Shown here: piece after piece, positions 48,901 through 60,900 of the stretch
Position numbering within the stretch: position 1 is the first letter of the stretch
Layout of the letters: each line of letters starts with the position of its first letter
Assembly: GCA_903901225.1 (NCBI GenBank)
Contig: CAIUQE010000011.1
Coordinates: 1,453 to 65,452, forward strand
Reading direction: 5' to 3'
DNA length: 64,000 nt
Origin: Candidatus Omnitrophota bacterium
GTDB lineage: Bacteria; Omnitrophota; Gorgyraeia; Zapsychrales; Fredricksoniimonadaceae
Program-made: the position numbers and the translations under genes
The notes under the pieces: generated by a model
What the model saw: only the letters and a program-made list of their open reading frames with translations
Told to the model about the DNA's origin: nothing
Databases searched by the model: none

Positions 48901-51900
48901 AACTTCCCGGAATCCAACCTGGCCTGGACCGCCTGCGGGACGGGAAGATCTTCCGTGAACGCCAAAACTTTCGCGTCATCGACAGATGTCTTTATGCCAG
49001 CCCGCCAGTTCCCGGTCGTCCTCCATCCGGGGATCTCCGCAAAAGAAAACCTTTCTCCAACAGACGCAGACCATTGATAAATGGCCGAGGCGACCGGCGA
49101 AACTTCTGTTATCACAAGATCGCCATCCTGCATGTCTTCCCGCATACGACGGTAAAAAGGCTGTTCTTTTCTCATCTGTGAATCCCGGCCCGGACGCTTG
49201 TCGATCATGACCACACTGCCCGGCTCTTGCGTCCTTTGATAACGCCAGAAATAATAATTTTCCTTGATAAGAAGAATCTTGAACGTGCGTCGAGGGTCAA
49301 TGCCATCGAGCCGATCATAACATTGCTGTTGAAGGCGGGCGAGATCCGGCACATCATTGTAGGATGTCGAAATAAAATATAGCTCCTTCAGATTCGGGAA
49401 ATAACGCGCCAGCCTGACGGCATTCAACGGATCCGCGTTCCCCGACGCGGGATAGATCAACGTCGTATAGGCATGGGGATCAACACCCTGCTCTTCCAAT
49501 ACTGTAGAAAAATCATTCAATGACCTTGTCCTGCGGGTGACCGCAGGAACAGGTTCCTGCGCGAGCTGTTCCGCTAATTCGATATTGTTCTGCCGCGCCG
49601 CCTGGATCTCGTTGCGATCTCCCTGGTTCTTCTTAATTTGTCCCACCACAACCCCCGCCACCAGCAGCAGTCCCATCCCCGCCAGGATGGCCGCGGCGTG
49701 AGCCGGCGATGTCAGGACCAGCGCTGCCAGCGGCAAAAGGGCACACTGGATATTCTCTTGTGAACGGTTGCGACCTAACAATTTTTTAATCGCGCCAAAA
49801 ACAATACCGGTCAGCTTCAAAGGTAAAGAAAGTCCCACAATAAGGCTCACCAATAAAAGCTTGAAAGGGTTTGTCTGAATAATTTTTTCCCATTTGCTAG
49901 GCGCCTTACTCCGGACTATTCCATAGGTCAGCGCAACCGCCCCCAGGATCGTGAAAGCAACAACTCCAACCGCAATAAAAACACCGGCCCAGGTCAACGC
50001 ACTCCAACCGGCTGTTGCTGTTGCCGGTGCCATCAATAACAAAAGCGGCCAAGCAAAAGATCGGACTGTCCCGGCATCAGGCCGGGGCTGGACTGTTACA
50101 GGCGACTGCTTCATGTCGCTCAAATTCCTGTCCGCAACAATCCGCTGAACCCTGGCCGCATTATCACCAAAAGCCCTGCCGGGAACCTTGTCTTTAAACG
50201 GTGCTGCAAAATCCATAAATGGTGCCGATAATTGGATCTCGATTTCAAGTTGTGATCCGTTATACAGCACGGTTACAGGCAATTCTTTTCGATTTGCCAG
50301 ATCCTCTGCCAATGGCTGAAGATACGCAAGCCTTTCTTGCAGATCCCGCATTGCCATAAAATCGTGCGACGTCGTTACAACAACATCTTTAATAAACTGC
50401 CCATTCACCTCTTGCATTTGCACGGTCCGATGCAACTGTTGCAGTAATTCTGCAAACGCAACAACATTGACTTCCGCAAGATTTGCCAAAAAGCCCGGAC
50501 AATAAACACGAATGCGTTCAAGATAATCATGTTCGAAAGCTTCTGTCCAATATCTTTTTTTCTGAAGTGCTTTTACTACTTGCCTGGTCTTACGCGCAAT
50601 CTCTCTAACTAACAAACGATTTTTTGTAATAAGAACAGATATTCGCTGCTCCAAAGTTAACCCGTCGACCATATACTTGTAACGCGTTGCCCAAGCTCTT
50701 TTCATCTGCTCCAAGCCATAAAAATTTCCCCCATTGCGGTCACTCCCATCAACAAAAGCCATTAAGAAAAATATATCCAACCACTCGCCCTTGAATTGGA
50801 ACATGTCGTTATATAAATAATCTCTCCCGAAATTATCGACAACTCCATGATGCCGCACAAAAAATGTCATGGCCGTCACAACACTCTCGTGATACCCCCG
50901 CTTACGCAGTTCGCCTGCGATAATGTTTGCGCCTTCACCATAATGATCCCATTCGCGAATACCATAACGGACACCTGCATCATGCGCCGCTGCACCCGCT
51001 ATCAGAATGTCCCGGGCGCGCGGACTCAAATTCTGATACACATAAAAGAATTTCTCACATTCAACACCATATTCTTCCAGGGACACCTTACCCTTAATTA
51101 CAGAAGAAAGGCCATCGTATAATCTTTGCCAGTCACGCGACGCAAGCATCTTTATTCTTTCATTCACCAACATAACATGCGTCTGCTTTCGTTCTTTAAT
51201 ATCAGGCAAAAGGAACGTCTCAATTTCGCGCGCCAAATTGTTCGCATCAGTAAGACCCGTCAATTCAGGCAATACGTTAACTCCAACATTCAAACCGGAA
51301 ACCCTCTGTGCCTCTGACGATGCCAGCGCTTTCAATAAATATGAAAAATATTTCTGACTAATTTCCTCCACCGCCTGTTGCCGAACGCGCTCCTTGAAGC
51401 CACCGTTCTTTTCCCAAACGAAAGGATATACCACCAGCGCGCCGCGCCCTTCACGCACATATTCATTCATCAACATGATCTGAACAACACCTTCAATAAC
51501 CCGATTCAACATGTCCTCGGGTTTGTTAAAATCACCTGTTTGCTCTTTTTTACGGGATGCGACCTGAAGTTCAAACGAGATATCACCGCGATCTTCATTG
51601 CGCACAAGCCTCATTTGCATCTCATAAGCCATAGCCCTCACACTGTCCACAACGTCCCCATTAACTCGAAAAGATGGCCTTTTAAAATAATCTACGACAA
51701 GATGATCCACTTGTTCAATAAAAAGATCACTCTCAATGAGTGCCGCATTCGCCGCAAGAGCCTTGATCTTGTCAGCCGAATTGCGCCCCAAAGCCATTAC
51801 TGCTTCTTTTTCAATTTTTGTCCCACGCGCACCAGCATATTTCCGCTCCCACTCCCATACTCGCCTCTGAAGTTCACCCCTAAGCCGCAAGTCACGCAGA

Positions 51901-54900
51901 TCGATCTCTTCTTTATGCATTTCCCTTCGCATCATGTTCGTCAGGGAATAACCCAAAAACCGCTCGAAAGGACTTATGAAGATTTCCGCTATCACGCGCT
52001 GATTCACAGCCCGCAGAGAAATCTGATGTGACGTGAAAGGCGTAATAAAGATCGTATACATCTTCCCATAGGCATCGCTAAGTGTTCGAAACCAACTATA
52101 CCCTCCCTCGAGCACCGTTAATTTTTTACTGCCGAAGGCTGACGCCAAACCCTTAATAGGGCGCACAACTTTAATATTTTCATCGGAAAGATCAACATCC
52201 TTGTCGCCTTCCAAAACAGTTTCGATCGGCGCATCCTTCATGTGCAAAGTAACAGTTTCCTCAAAATCTTCTTTAGCCATACCCTGCAACTGCTTGTTCA
52301 CACGCACAAGGTCGATCTTACCTTGTGTCGCAAGCGTTAAAAGGCGATTCTTGTCCGCGACACCCAGATTATGAAATCCAAAGTGATATTGCTCACCATC
52401 AACCTCACCCGCCCTTGGATGACGTGTATGATAAAGCGCCAACCTTTCAACAAAGTCTCGATAAAGCGCTTTATCACCTTTAAAAGCACTCGCCATAATT
52501 GCCCCCTTGCCTACTCCCGGCGGCCCGGAATAAACAAGCATTTTTTCCTGTAAAAAAAACTTATCCAGCGGGATCAACCGCAGAACATCTGCCAATACAT
52601 CGACACTTAAAGTATCAATCTCTTCATCCTGAAGTTCACCGCGCATCAAGCGTTCAGCCAACACTCTGCCCTTAGGTATCGTCAAAACATCAGTACGCTG
52701 TTCCGGAACAATCCCCCTAAGCCCTGCCGTCGTCACCTTGATCCACGCGGGAGAGCCCAGGTTACTTTCCTGCGGATCCAGCGCCGCGATGCTTTCGGCC
52801 GAAACCTGCGCCAGCTCAACCCCCATCAACGCCTCATCCGGAATGATCTTCTTGACCGTCGTACTCACATTGACGCGGCTGGCCGTGACGAATACCGGCG
52901 ACCCCGCCAGCTCTTGACGCATAACGGCAAAAGCCGCATTCAATTCCCGTAACTGTTCAACGTCCCCCTCTTTGAGATAGGCCACTGAAATATGATTGAT
53001 GTCCGGAACAAAACGCCTGTAACCTTCAGGAAGATCGCCGGTAAAGCGGGCCGCCATCCGCCCGCGCAACAGCGTCGGGTTATCCGACGCCGACTTCAAC
53101 TCCAGCACAACGGAAAGATCCGGCATCAGCCGCGGGCCAACAACCTGATACGCGAACGGCGTCACACCCCTCGCATCCTCTTCAAGCCCGGACATAAATT
53201 CCTGACGTTCCATGATCGGCCGCGGGCCGATCATAAAATTAGCCACGGTCGTATGGATCTTCGCAAGCGCCTGATAGATCGCCTTCCCTCTGTCCGTATC
53301 CGCCAGCTTGTCAGCAATGACCTGCTGAACGCGGTCAACGACATCACGGGCAGCTTCCTGGCCTCCGAGCGGAATATTATGAAAGATCGACCATTGCGGC
53401 CTTGCGAGGTTCAGGTGATTACGTGCCAATTGATCCCCAACCTGAGCCCCATCTTCCAGCAATTTATCCGTCAATATCTGTTTGTACCCAAAATTCACTG
53501 CGGAAGGATCACTCCCTGCCAGCATCCGATCAAACCCGTCCACCGCCTGCACCCCGAAAACTTCCGGCCGCGCCAGGACTTTCCGCGTGGCTTCTTCAAT
53601 AGCCGGATGCGCCCGCAGATAAAGCAGCTGCCGCGCCATGGCGACGGGCTCATCCGCGCCTTCAACATGAAATTTCTCATGGCCTTCCACGACCCCCTGC
53701 AGGAACAGTAAGTACGCGGCCTTATCCTCACCGGTCAATTCAACAAGCCTGTCTAAATTGGATAAATGTACGTAGAGCGTTTTTTCAGCGGGATTGTAGG
53801 CGGCAATGCTGTCGGCGGTGCGGGCAAAGTCAGAGGTGACAACCACGGCGCACGGAGGCGCCTGGGACAAATAGGGAACTGCCGCGTAAAGATCCCGCAA
53901 CACTTCATCACGCGCCTTATTGAGCGTCTGGCCCTGGGCGTCGATGGCGCGGACACGGTTGTCAACGCCTGCTGTCGCTGTGTAATTGAGCGGCGGAACC
54001 TGATCATTGTAAAGTTCGCGCGTAGCCGTTGACGGAACAAAGGGGGCGGGAGCCGCTGCCCGGCCCTGAATATTTTTTAACGCCTTTTCGATCACATCCA
54101 TGCTCTTATGCGCGTAACCATCCGATCCCTGTTCGACATAGATAAACGTGTCCGCCAATAAAGCCCTCACATGCGACACAAAACGCATTTTCTGTCCAAC
54201 CGCTTCCGGCGCAGCAAAAATGCCGGGGTCTTTCTCGATCAATTCATAATATTTATGCAGTTCCACCAAACGTTCTTTAGCATAACGGCTGCTTATCGCT
54301 GAACTTACTTTGAACGCGACCCTCGCCAGCACAAATGTCACAACAGTCCCTCCCACGATCCAGAGCAGGTTCCCGAGCGGGATGGAAATGCGCGCGGCCA
54401 GCGTATCAAATGCCAGGAAACCGGGAATGGGCACTATAAAGAACCAGATCATCCCGAAAAGAGCGACGACAAAACTTCTGAGGAATTCGGAATAAAGCCG
54501 CGCCTCCTGCATCTTTTTATCTTTTTTAAGTTTTGTCATGTGCGCATCGAACATGTTCGCCAGCATGGCCGGAGGAAAGTACTTGATCAACCCGGCGTGA
54601 AAGTTATTCAACTTGCCGGCCTTTTTATTCAGGCCCTCAATTTGCTTCTCCGCGCCAGAATGCCCTTGAACCCTATTGTTCTCCGCTCTTCTCATGGCCC
54701 CGGTCTTAGGATGATGGATCTGTTCCACAATGGCCTTTGGATAATACATGAGAACCCACGTTAACAATGTCAACCCAACACCGAAGACCAGCACGGTATA
54801 CGCTGCCATAGCACCCCAGGTGCCACCCAAAAGGACAAGGGACGACAATCCGGAATACAGGACCCCGGCCACGCCCCATCCTGCCAGCCTTGACCCCCAC

Positions 54901-57900
54901 TGCTTTGCGTTCCCCGCGAAGTGCCCTTCAGGCGTTTTCATGACGAACATGCCAATGACAAGCCCGAGATTAAAAAGAAGCGACGGCAGCAACAAGATAA
55001 CATTGAGCATATCAAGGCCGGACAAAGCCCAGAGATTCAAGCCGAACAAAAGCAATCCGAAACCCCAGATCACTTTCATGTTGATAAAATTCTCGTATTT
55101 GCGCGTGACATGCTTTCTCATTTCAACGGAGATCGAATCTTCAGCATCCGCGCCGGATAACGTGAACTTCAAGCTCTGGCGCGCGGCCTGACCCAGGAGG
55201 TGGATCATCTGCTGTGTCGCAAACAGCAGGAAGTCGCGCGGCCGATTGGATAGCCAGCGAGAGAGGCCAATGATAAAGCCACCCGCCAGGAAAGCCAGAT
55301 AAACCGAAACCGGATCACCTCCAAAAATCCCAACAATGGCCGCGGCGACAAGCGCGAACACAACAGCGGTCTTGGTATAAAACTCGTGCGCCTCAAGGTA
55401 GGCAATAAGACCATTGAATGTCAGGACCTGGTTGAACATGCCGCCGAGGATCGCGAATACCAGATTAACCCCGATGAAAGGCAGGAAACCGAACTTGATC
55501 GCGATCGGGATCAAAAGGATAAACAGGATCCCGTGAGGTGCTGTAAGGAAGAAGCGTCCGCCGTTATCGCGGATCTCCTTGGCGAAAATGGACTGCGGGC
55601 CATAATCCTGGATCTTCTGCATCATCTTGTCCATCATCAACTGCGGAAACCCGCCTGACCACCGGGGAAACGCGGCCATCCACTCATGCTGGGCGTACGT
55701 CTCACGGATCTTGTGCCAGAACGCCTTGGACTGCGCAAACCGGGGGGTACCGCCCAAACCAATGACCGTGTGTGCCTGCTGCTGCACAGCCCAAATATCC
55801 TCGGAAATACCCACCGCGCTCGGAATGAACCCTACAAGCCCGAACAAGCCCGAAAAATAATTATCCCAAAAGCCCCGGCGCAACGTCCTGGAGCGGATGC
55901 TCAGCGGCATTGTCGGGTACTGCGGGTTCATCAAGGCCGTCTGCGCCCTCCAGTAAGTATTCTTGAGGATATTGCCCCAGCCCGTGCCCACCGACTCACC
56001 CGCCGCGCCGCCGATAGCCATGACACCCTTGACATACGCGCGATGCCCTTCTTCAATGCTCTGTGAAGACTCTCCATGCGGCGACTTGATATTCGTTGTC
56101 CCGCGGCTGGGAACCACAATGACCAGCGAATCATCCGCCAGGGATGTTTTCACATCCAGCACAAAATCATCCATGTTATGAACCGTCGCGTTGCGGTCCA
56201 TAATAAGGAAGGTGTCTTGGCGACTGACCCATTCATGGACCATATCTGTGCCTGTCATGGCCGCGGCTTTATTGGCAAAAGCAGTCCAGTCATGCACAAC
56301 GTTTCCTTCAATGCCTGTCAAAGTTTTCACAAGCCGCAACAACTTCACCCGCTGGCCTTTATCGTCATTCCATTGATAATTTTCTGCGGATGGATTTTTG
56401 TTTCCATCTTCATACTTGTTGCTCAAAAGGATCATGCCGATATCAACACCCGCAAGTTTTTCCTTCAATGCCAGCGCGATATCCATGATCGTGATGCCCG
56501 TATCCTGAGAATGCCCCCCTGATGACTGCATGGAAACCAGGAAACGACGCAGTTTCCAGGTACGGATCAGGCGATCCTTCTGCGCTTCGTCCCGCGCGTA
56601 GAGCCAGATATTGTCGTTCGCCACATCCGCCTGCTGCGTCCCGGCTTTTTGTGCGTCAATAAGGATCTGTACCGGGTGCCACAAGGTCACTTTAAATGTA
56701 GTTTCAACCTGATGCAGTTCCGTGATCCATTCTTTGACTTTTTCATCACCCGCCGTCCCCACAAGATCGTCCACCTCGGCCATGACATCGATCCCGTGCG
56801 AACTGCGGTCCTTGAACCAGTTCCAGCGGTCAATGACGATCTGGCCCCCGAGCCTACCCAGAGTTCCGACCGCATCGCCACCGGCAAAGACCAGCGTGAA
56901 CAATTTTTTGACACCGTGAGCCTTTTCATGCGCGGCGACATTATCGATGTACGCCTTCTCGATACGGGCGTCGTTGCGGGCCATTAGCAACGTGATGATC
57001 TTCTTGTCCAGCAAGCTGGCGGCGATAAGAATGGCGACGACCATCCCATTGACCGGCAGCACAAAAGGCATATGCAGGATCCCGGTAACAGCCGCGGCGA
57101 CAACATACGCCAATCCAAGTGTTTTCATCGGCCATGTGACAAAAGCCGACGCCACAGAATTGATAACATTGGATATGGCGTAACGCGTCATATAAAGCGC
57201 GAGCGCCAGGACAAAACTGCCCGCCCCCAACTGCCACACCACACCGCTGGTCAGATAAACATCCGAGATCCAGTTCACCATGGCCGCCTGTCCCATGACA
57301 AACCCGCCGAGCCACATGAACAGGCCGCTCAATACCGCGTAATTAACAATGGCCTTGAACAGATCCATGGCCCGGCCCGTGGGAACAGATGGCTGTAAAT
57401 GACGGATCAACGAATCCCCCACGATCGACATGGGCCGGCTTTCCGGAATATTCAAAAGGTTCAGGAATTTCGCCAATCCCGAAAATCTGTTGTTGCCCGT
57501 CCGCTCCTGGTAATTGATCCAGGTCTGGGTAACACGGCTATACAATGTGAAAAGATATGGCAAAAAAACGCCGGCGGCTTCCGTCCCGGCGACCAGCCAC
57601 ATCAACCCGTGCGTCATGAACCACTGGCCCAGGCCATGTACCGGCACCATGCTTAAGCCGGCACCGATCAGGACAAACCCGATACCGCGCAGGATATGGC
57701 TTGCGTGATGAAAACCCTTCAATATCCTTGCGGCCGTTTCATCAACGTTCAGGTATCCTTTATATTGCGTCTTTGCCAGAGCGGAAACGGCCACACGCAG
57801 GACCACGCCCACGCCGACGAACGCGAGCGCGAGCTGAATGACCGGCATCGCAACAAGAACAGCCGGCAAAGCGCCAAGGAATGTAAAGATCGACACGCCG

Positions 57901-60900
57901 CCAACGAACTGCTGATACCCCGCCACCATGGCGATCAATACCCCGACCAACTGCGGCAGGACCTTGGCGATATCAATAAAGATGTACCATTTCGGGATGA
58001 TCTCGAAATATTCCCTCTTGAAAAAATCCTTCAGCCCATTCTGTATTTTCCCAATATGATCCTTTTTGACATCAGCCGCGCCATTGACCGCCATCACATT
58101 GGCAAGGACGGCGATCACATTTTCCGTCGTATTCCCGACGATCTCGTGATGGCCGCCATTCAGGGGAGCCTGTACATTCACAGCCCCCACGATCGTCTCA
58201 AGCCGCTGGAGATGCGCGCCAGGCGTGACATAATTCTGAAGGATCTCCTGAATAAAGACCAGGTCGTCCGGCGTGGTGATCGCCGGTGAGCCTCTCGGCT
58301 GAAGGCCAAACTGTCCAAAAAGCTGCGCGATAATTCTGTCTTTCTCCGCCACCCCGGAAGCATTGCCCCCGGCAACGACGATCTTTTGCTTCTCATCCAT
58401 CAGCCTGGTTATGGCGGAACGGTAATATTCGGCATACTGCTCCATGCGGCTCCAGCCGTGGTTACTGTCCATGCTGCCGGCCGAGTTTTTCTTCGACTCA
58501 AAACTGCCGACAGAATCTTTCTTCGATTCAAACACCACGCGGCGCGCCAGGAACGCGTGAATGAGCATGAGCTCATCAAGCCCGTTCAGAAAAGCGTCAC
58601 CGGACATCAATTTGTCATGCAACTCCGCCTCGCTCCAGCCCGCCTTCGCGGCGCGCCAGGCCAGGCCAAGCTTGTAGATCGCGCGCAAATTCCCGCTGAA
58701 ATTCTCATCCACAGGGCCATCCGACGAGCGGATCACGCCGTCGCAGGTCTGCTGTGCCGTAGCCATAAAATTCGTGAAAAGGATGTTCTTCGCCCAACGC
58801 TCTTCCGCGGCCTCCATGATCGCGAGGCTCACCACGACTTTGCCTTCTTTTCTGGCGTTATCCAGACGACGTTTCCATATCGGCCAGATCAGGCTCCAGC
58901 TGATAAGATTCAACCCGATAAGTCCTGCCAGAACGTACGCAAAGCCCCACCAGAATTTTTTGACATCATTGGCCGCGTCATGCTCCACCTGCGCGTTGAT
59001 CGGCATGACCTGCTGCGCGCGGGCCACAGGCGCGGCATCCATCAAGACCTGCGCTGCCGCGGCAGGAGAATAAGCCCATCCGCTCTTGTCATGCGGAACA
59101 AGGACATAACTGCCATCAGCCGTCCTTAATCCGTTAACATCGACGTCTTTAACAGAGAACAGCGAATCCTGCGGCGTCGCTACCTCAATATAGCCGCCAT
59201 GGTTTTGCATGCGGTTAAGCCCATTAACGGCCGCAGCCTCACCCGCGTGGTACCCGATGGAACGGGCGACATCCCGATATTCCGCGGTCATCCTCGACGA
59301 AGCCATGTCCACTTCACCGCGCGGCAAGGTCCAGTCCATGCCCCACACGCCGTTGGCCCTGACGCCAAACATGGCCGTGGCGCGGTCCATCCCCTTGAAC
59401 AACAGCCCCTGGTCAGCGCCCATGGCCGCCTGGGCACGGATAAACGCCAGTGTCGCGCTGGTTGTTGTATGCAGATTCTCGGCGTAAACATTCCCTTTCT
59501 TCACCAGGCTGTTGGCATCGTCCTTGTCCTTGGTGACGATCTGGATCTCATGCGTGCCCGTGATCACCACGCCCTCACGCTGGAATCTCGGCAGGATATT
59601 GCTGTTCAACCAGGCGCCAACGGAAGCCCTCAATTCCAGTGATACGGCACGCAGCTTGTCGTCACCACGGGCGGTGCGCGCGATACGGTCACAAAGGACA
59701 TACGCGTTGGCATTGTCGGTTGTATAGAGTTTTTTGGCCTCAGCCCAGAACGTGATCCCGTTATGATCCTCGGTTTCGGGCGCCACGCGCTCGATCAATC
59801 CGCCTTGAACAAGATATTTATTCCTCAAAGGCTCCAGAAGATTGCCGGTCATGTCATGCGCATGACGATCACCCGTCGCCAGGAAATATTCATACGCCGC
59901 GCGGGCCAGCGCGATCTGCGCGGCCGCGGTCCTCGACGATGGCCGCGCGCTTTTAAACCCGGGAATAAGTTCCTGGGGCATACCCGAATCCACGTGATAC
60001 CACGCGTAAACCGGGTCCTGTCCGCCATTGGTCAAAATATAATAATATCTCAAGGCCCTGGCCGCATCCGCATATTGCCCCTGGCATGTTAACGCGCGGA
60101 TAATAAGCGCTTCGTCTTCCGTGGACGCGTAATCATGGCGCGCCGTCCGCGGATGGGTCAAAAACAGCCCGGAGCCATGGTTGCCTGAATACGGTACAAA
60201 ATTCATTCTGATACCTTCAAGCAAAGTTTCCGGAAGAGCTTCCAATGTGGCCGCGCCAACGGTCAAGCCCGGCTCCCTTTGCGCCATCACCGGCGCCGCG
60301 ACGGGAAGCTCCTGGCTGCGACGACGCTGCCCTTCGCCGGTATAAAGCGCCTTTAATACGGGATCATTATTGCTCCGGGCGACCGATCCACCGAAATATG
60401 GATCCCTGCCCTGGAAGAATGCGTAACGATTTACAAGATTGAAAATGTTAGTATAAACACGGCTATCCAGGTCAGCGGTCGGGCTGTCGCTGTACGGGAA
60501 GATCGTCGCGGCTTCATGGCCATAGATCATCGCCTCACTCTTGCCGCCGTGAGAATTGAAAACCTCGATCGTCGCTGTCTCAAATCCGCTCGTCACGCCA
60601 AAGACCAGCGTATGGCCGTTACGGCGCAATTCATTGAACTCGGCAAAATCACCGTTAACGCCGTAATTCTTGTAGATCGGGATACTGGTCAAAGAATCCG
60701 TGCTGTAATACTGGATCAACGGCAGTGACTGTCTCCCCTGCCCCAGATCTTTCCTGAATGACGTCGCCTGCAAATGTCCGTCATACATCACCTGAGCCAC
60801 GCGCGTGTCCCCTTTGCCCGTCACATAAGTGAAATCACCCCGATACCCCTGGCGGCCGGTCCCCACAAGCCTGGTCCTGTCGGGATTGCCGTTCACATCC

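Noticed and set aside
44463-49756. Repeated DNA segments inside the giant gene considered as a possible CRISPR array or insertion-sequence remnants.
   Set aside because: There are only two copies each. The units are long (100-260 bp), divergent (80-90% identity), in-frame coding and about 1.8 kb apart. There are no short regular repeat-spacer units, no cas genes and no transposase.
52300-52545. The P-loop module in the giant protein considered as an adenylate kinase or an ABC ATPase.
   Set aside because: There is no ABC signature (LSGGQ) and no Walker B with a D-loop. The downstream HTRHPRAGEVDGEQYHF segment matches the guanylate kinase signature specifically.
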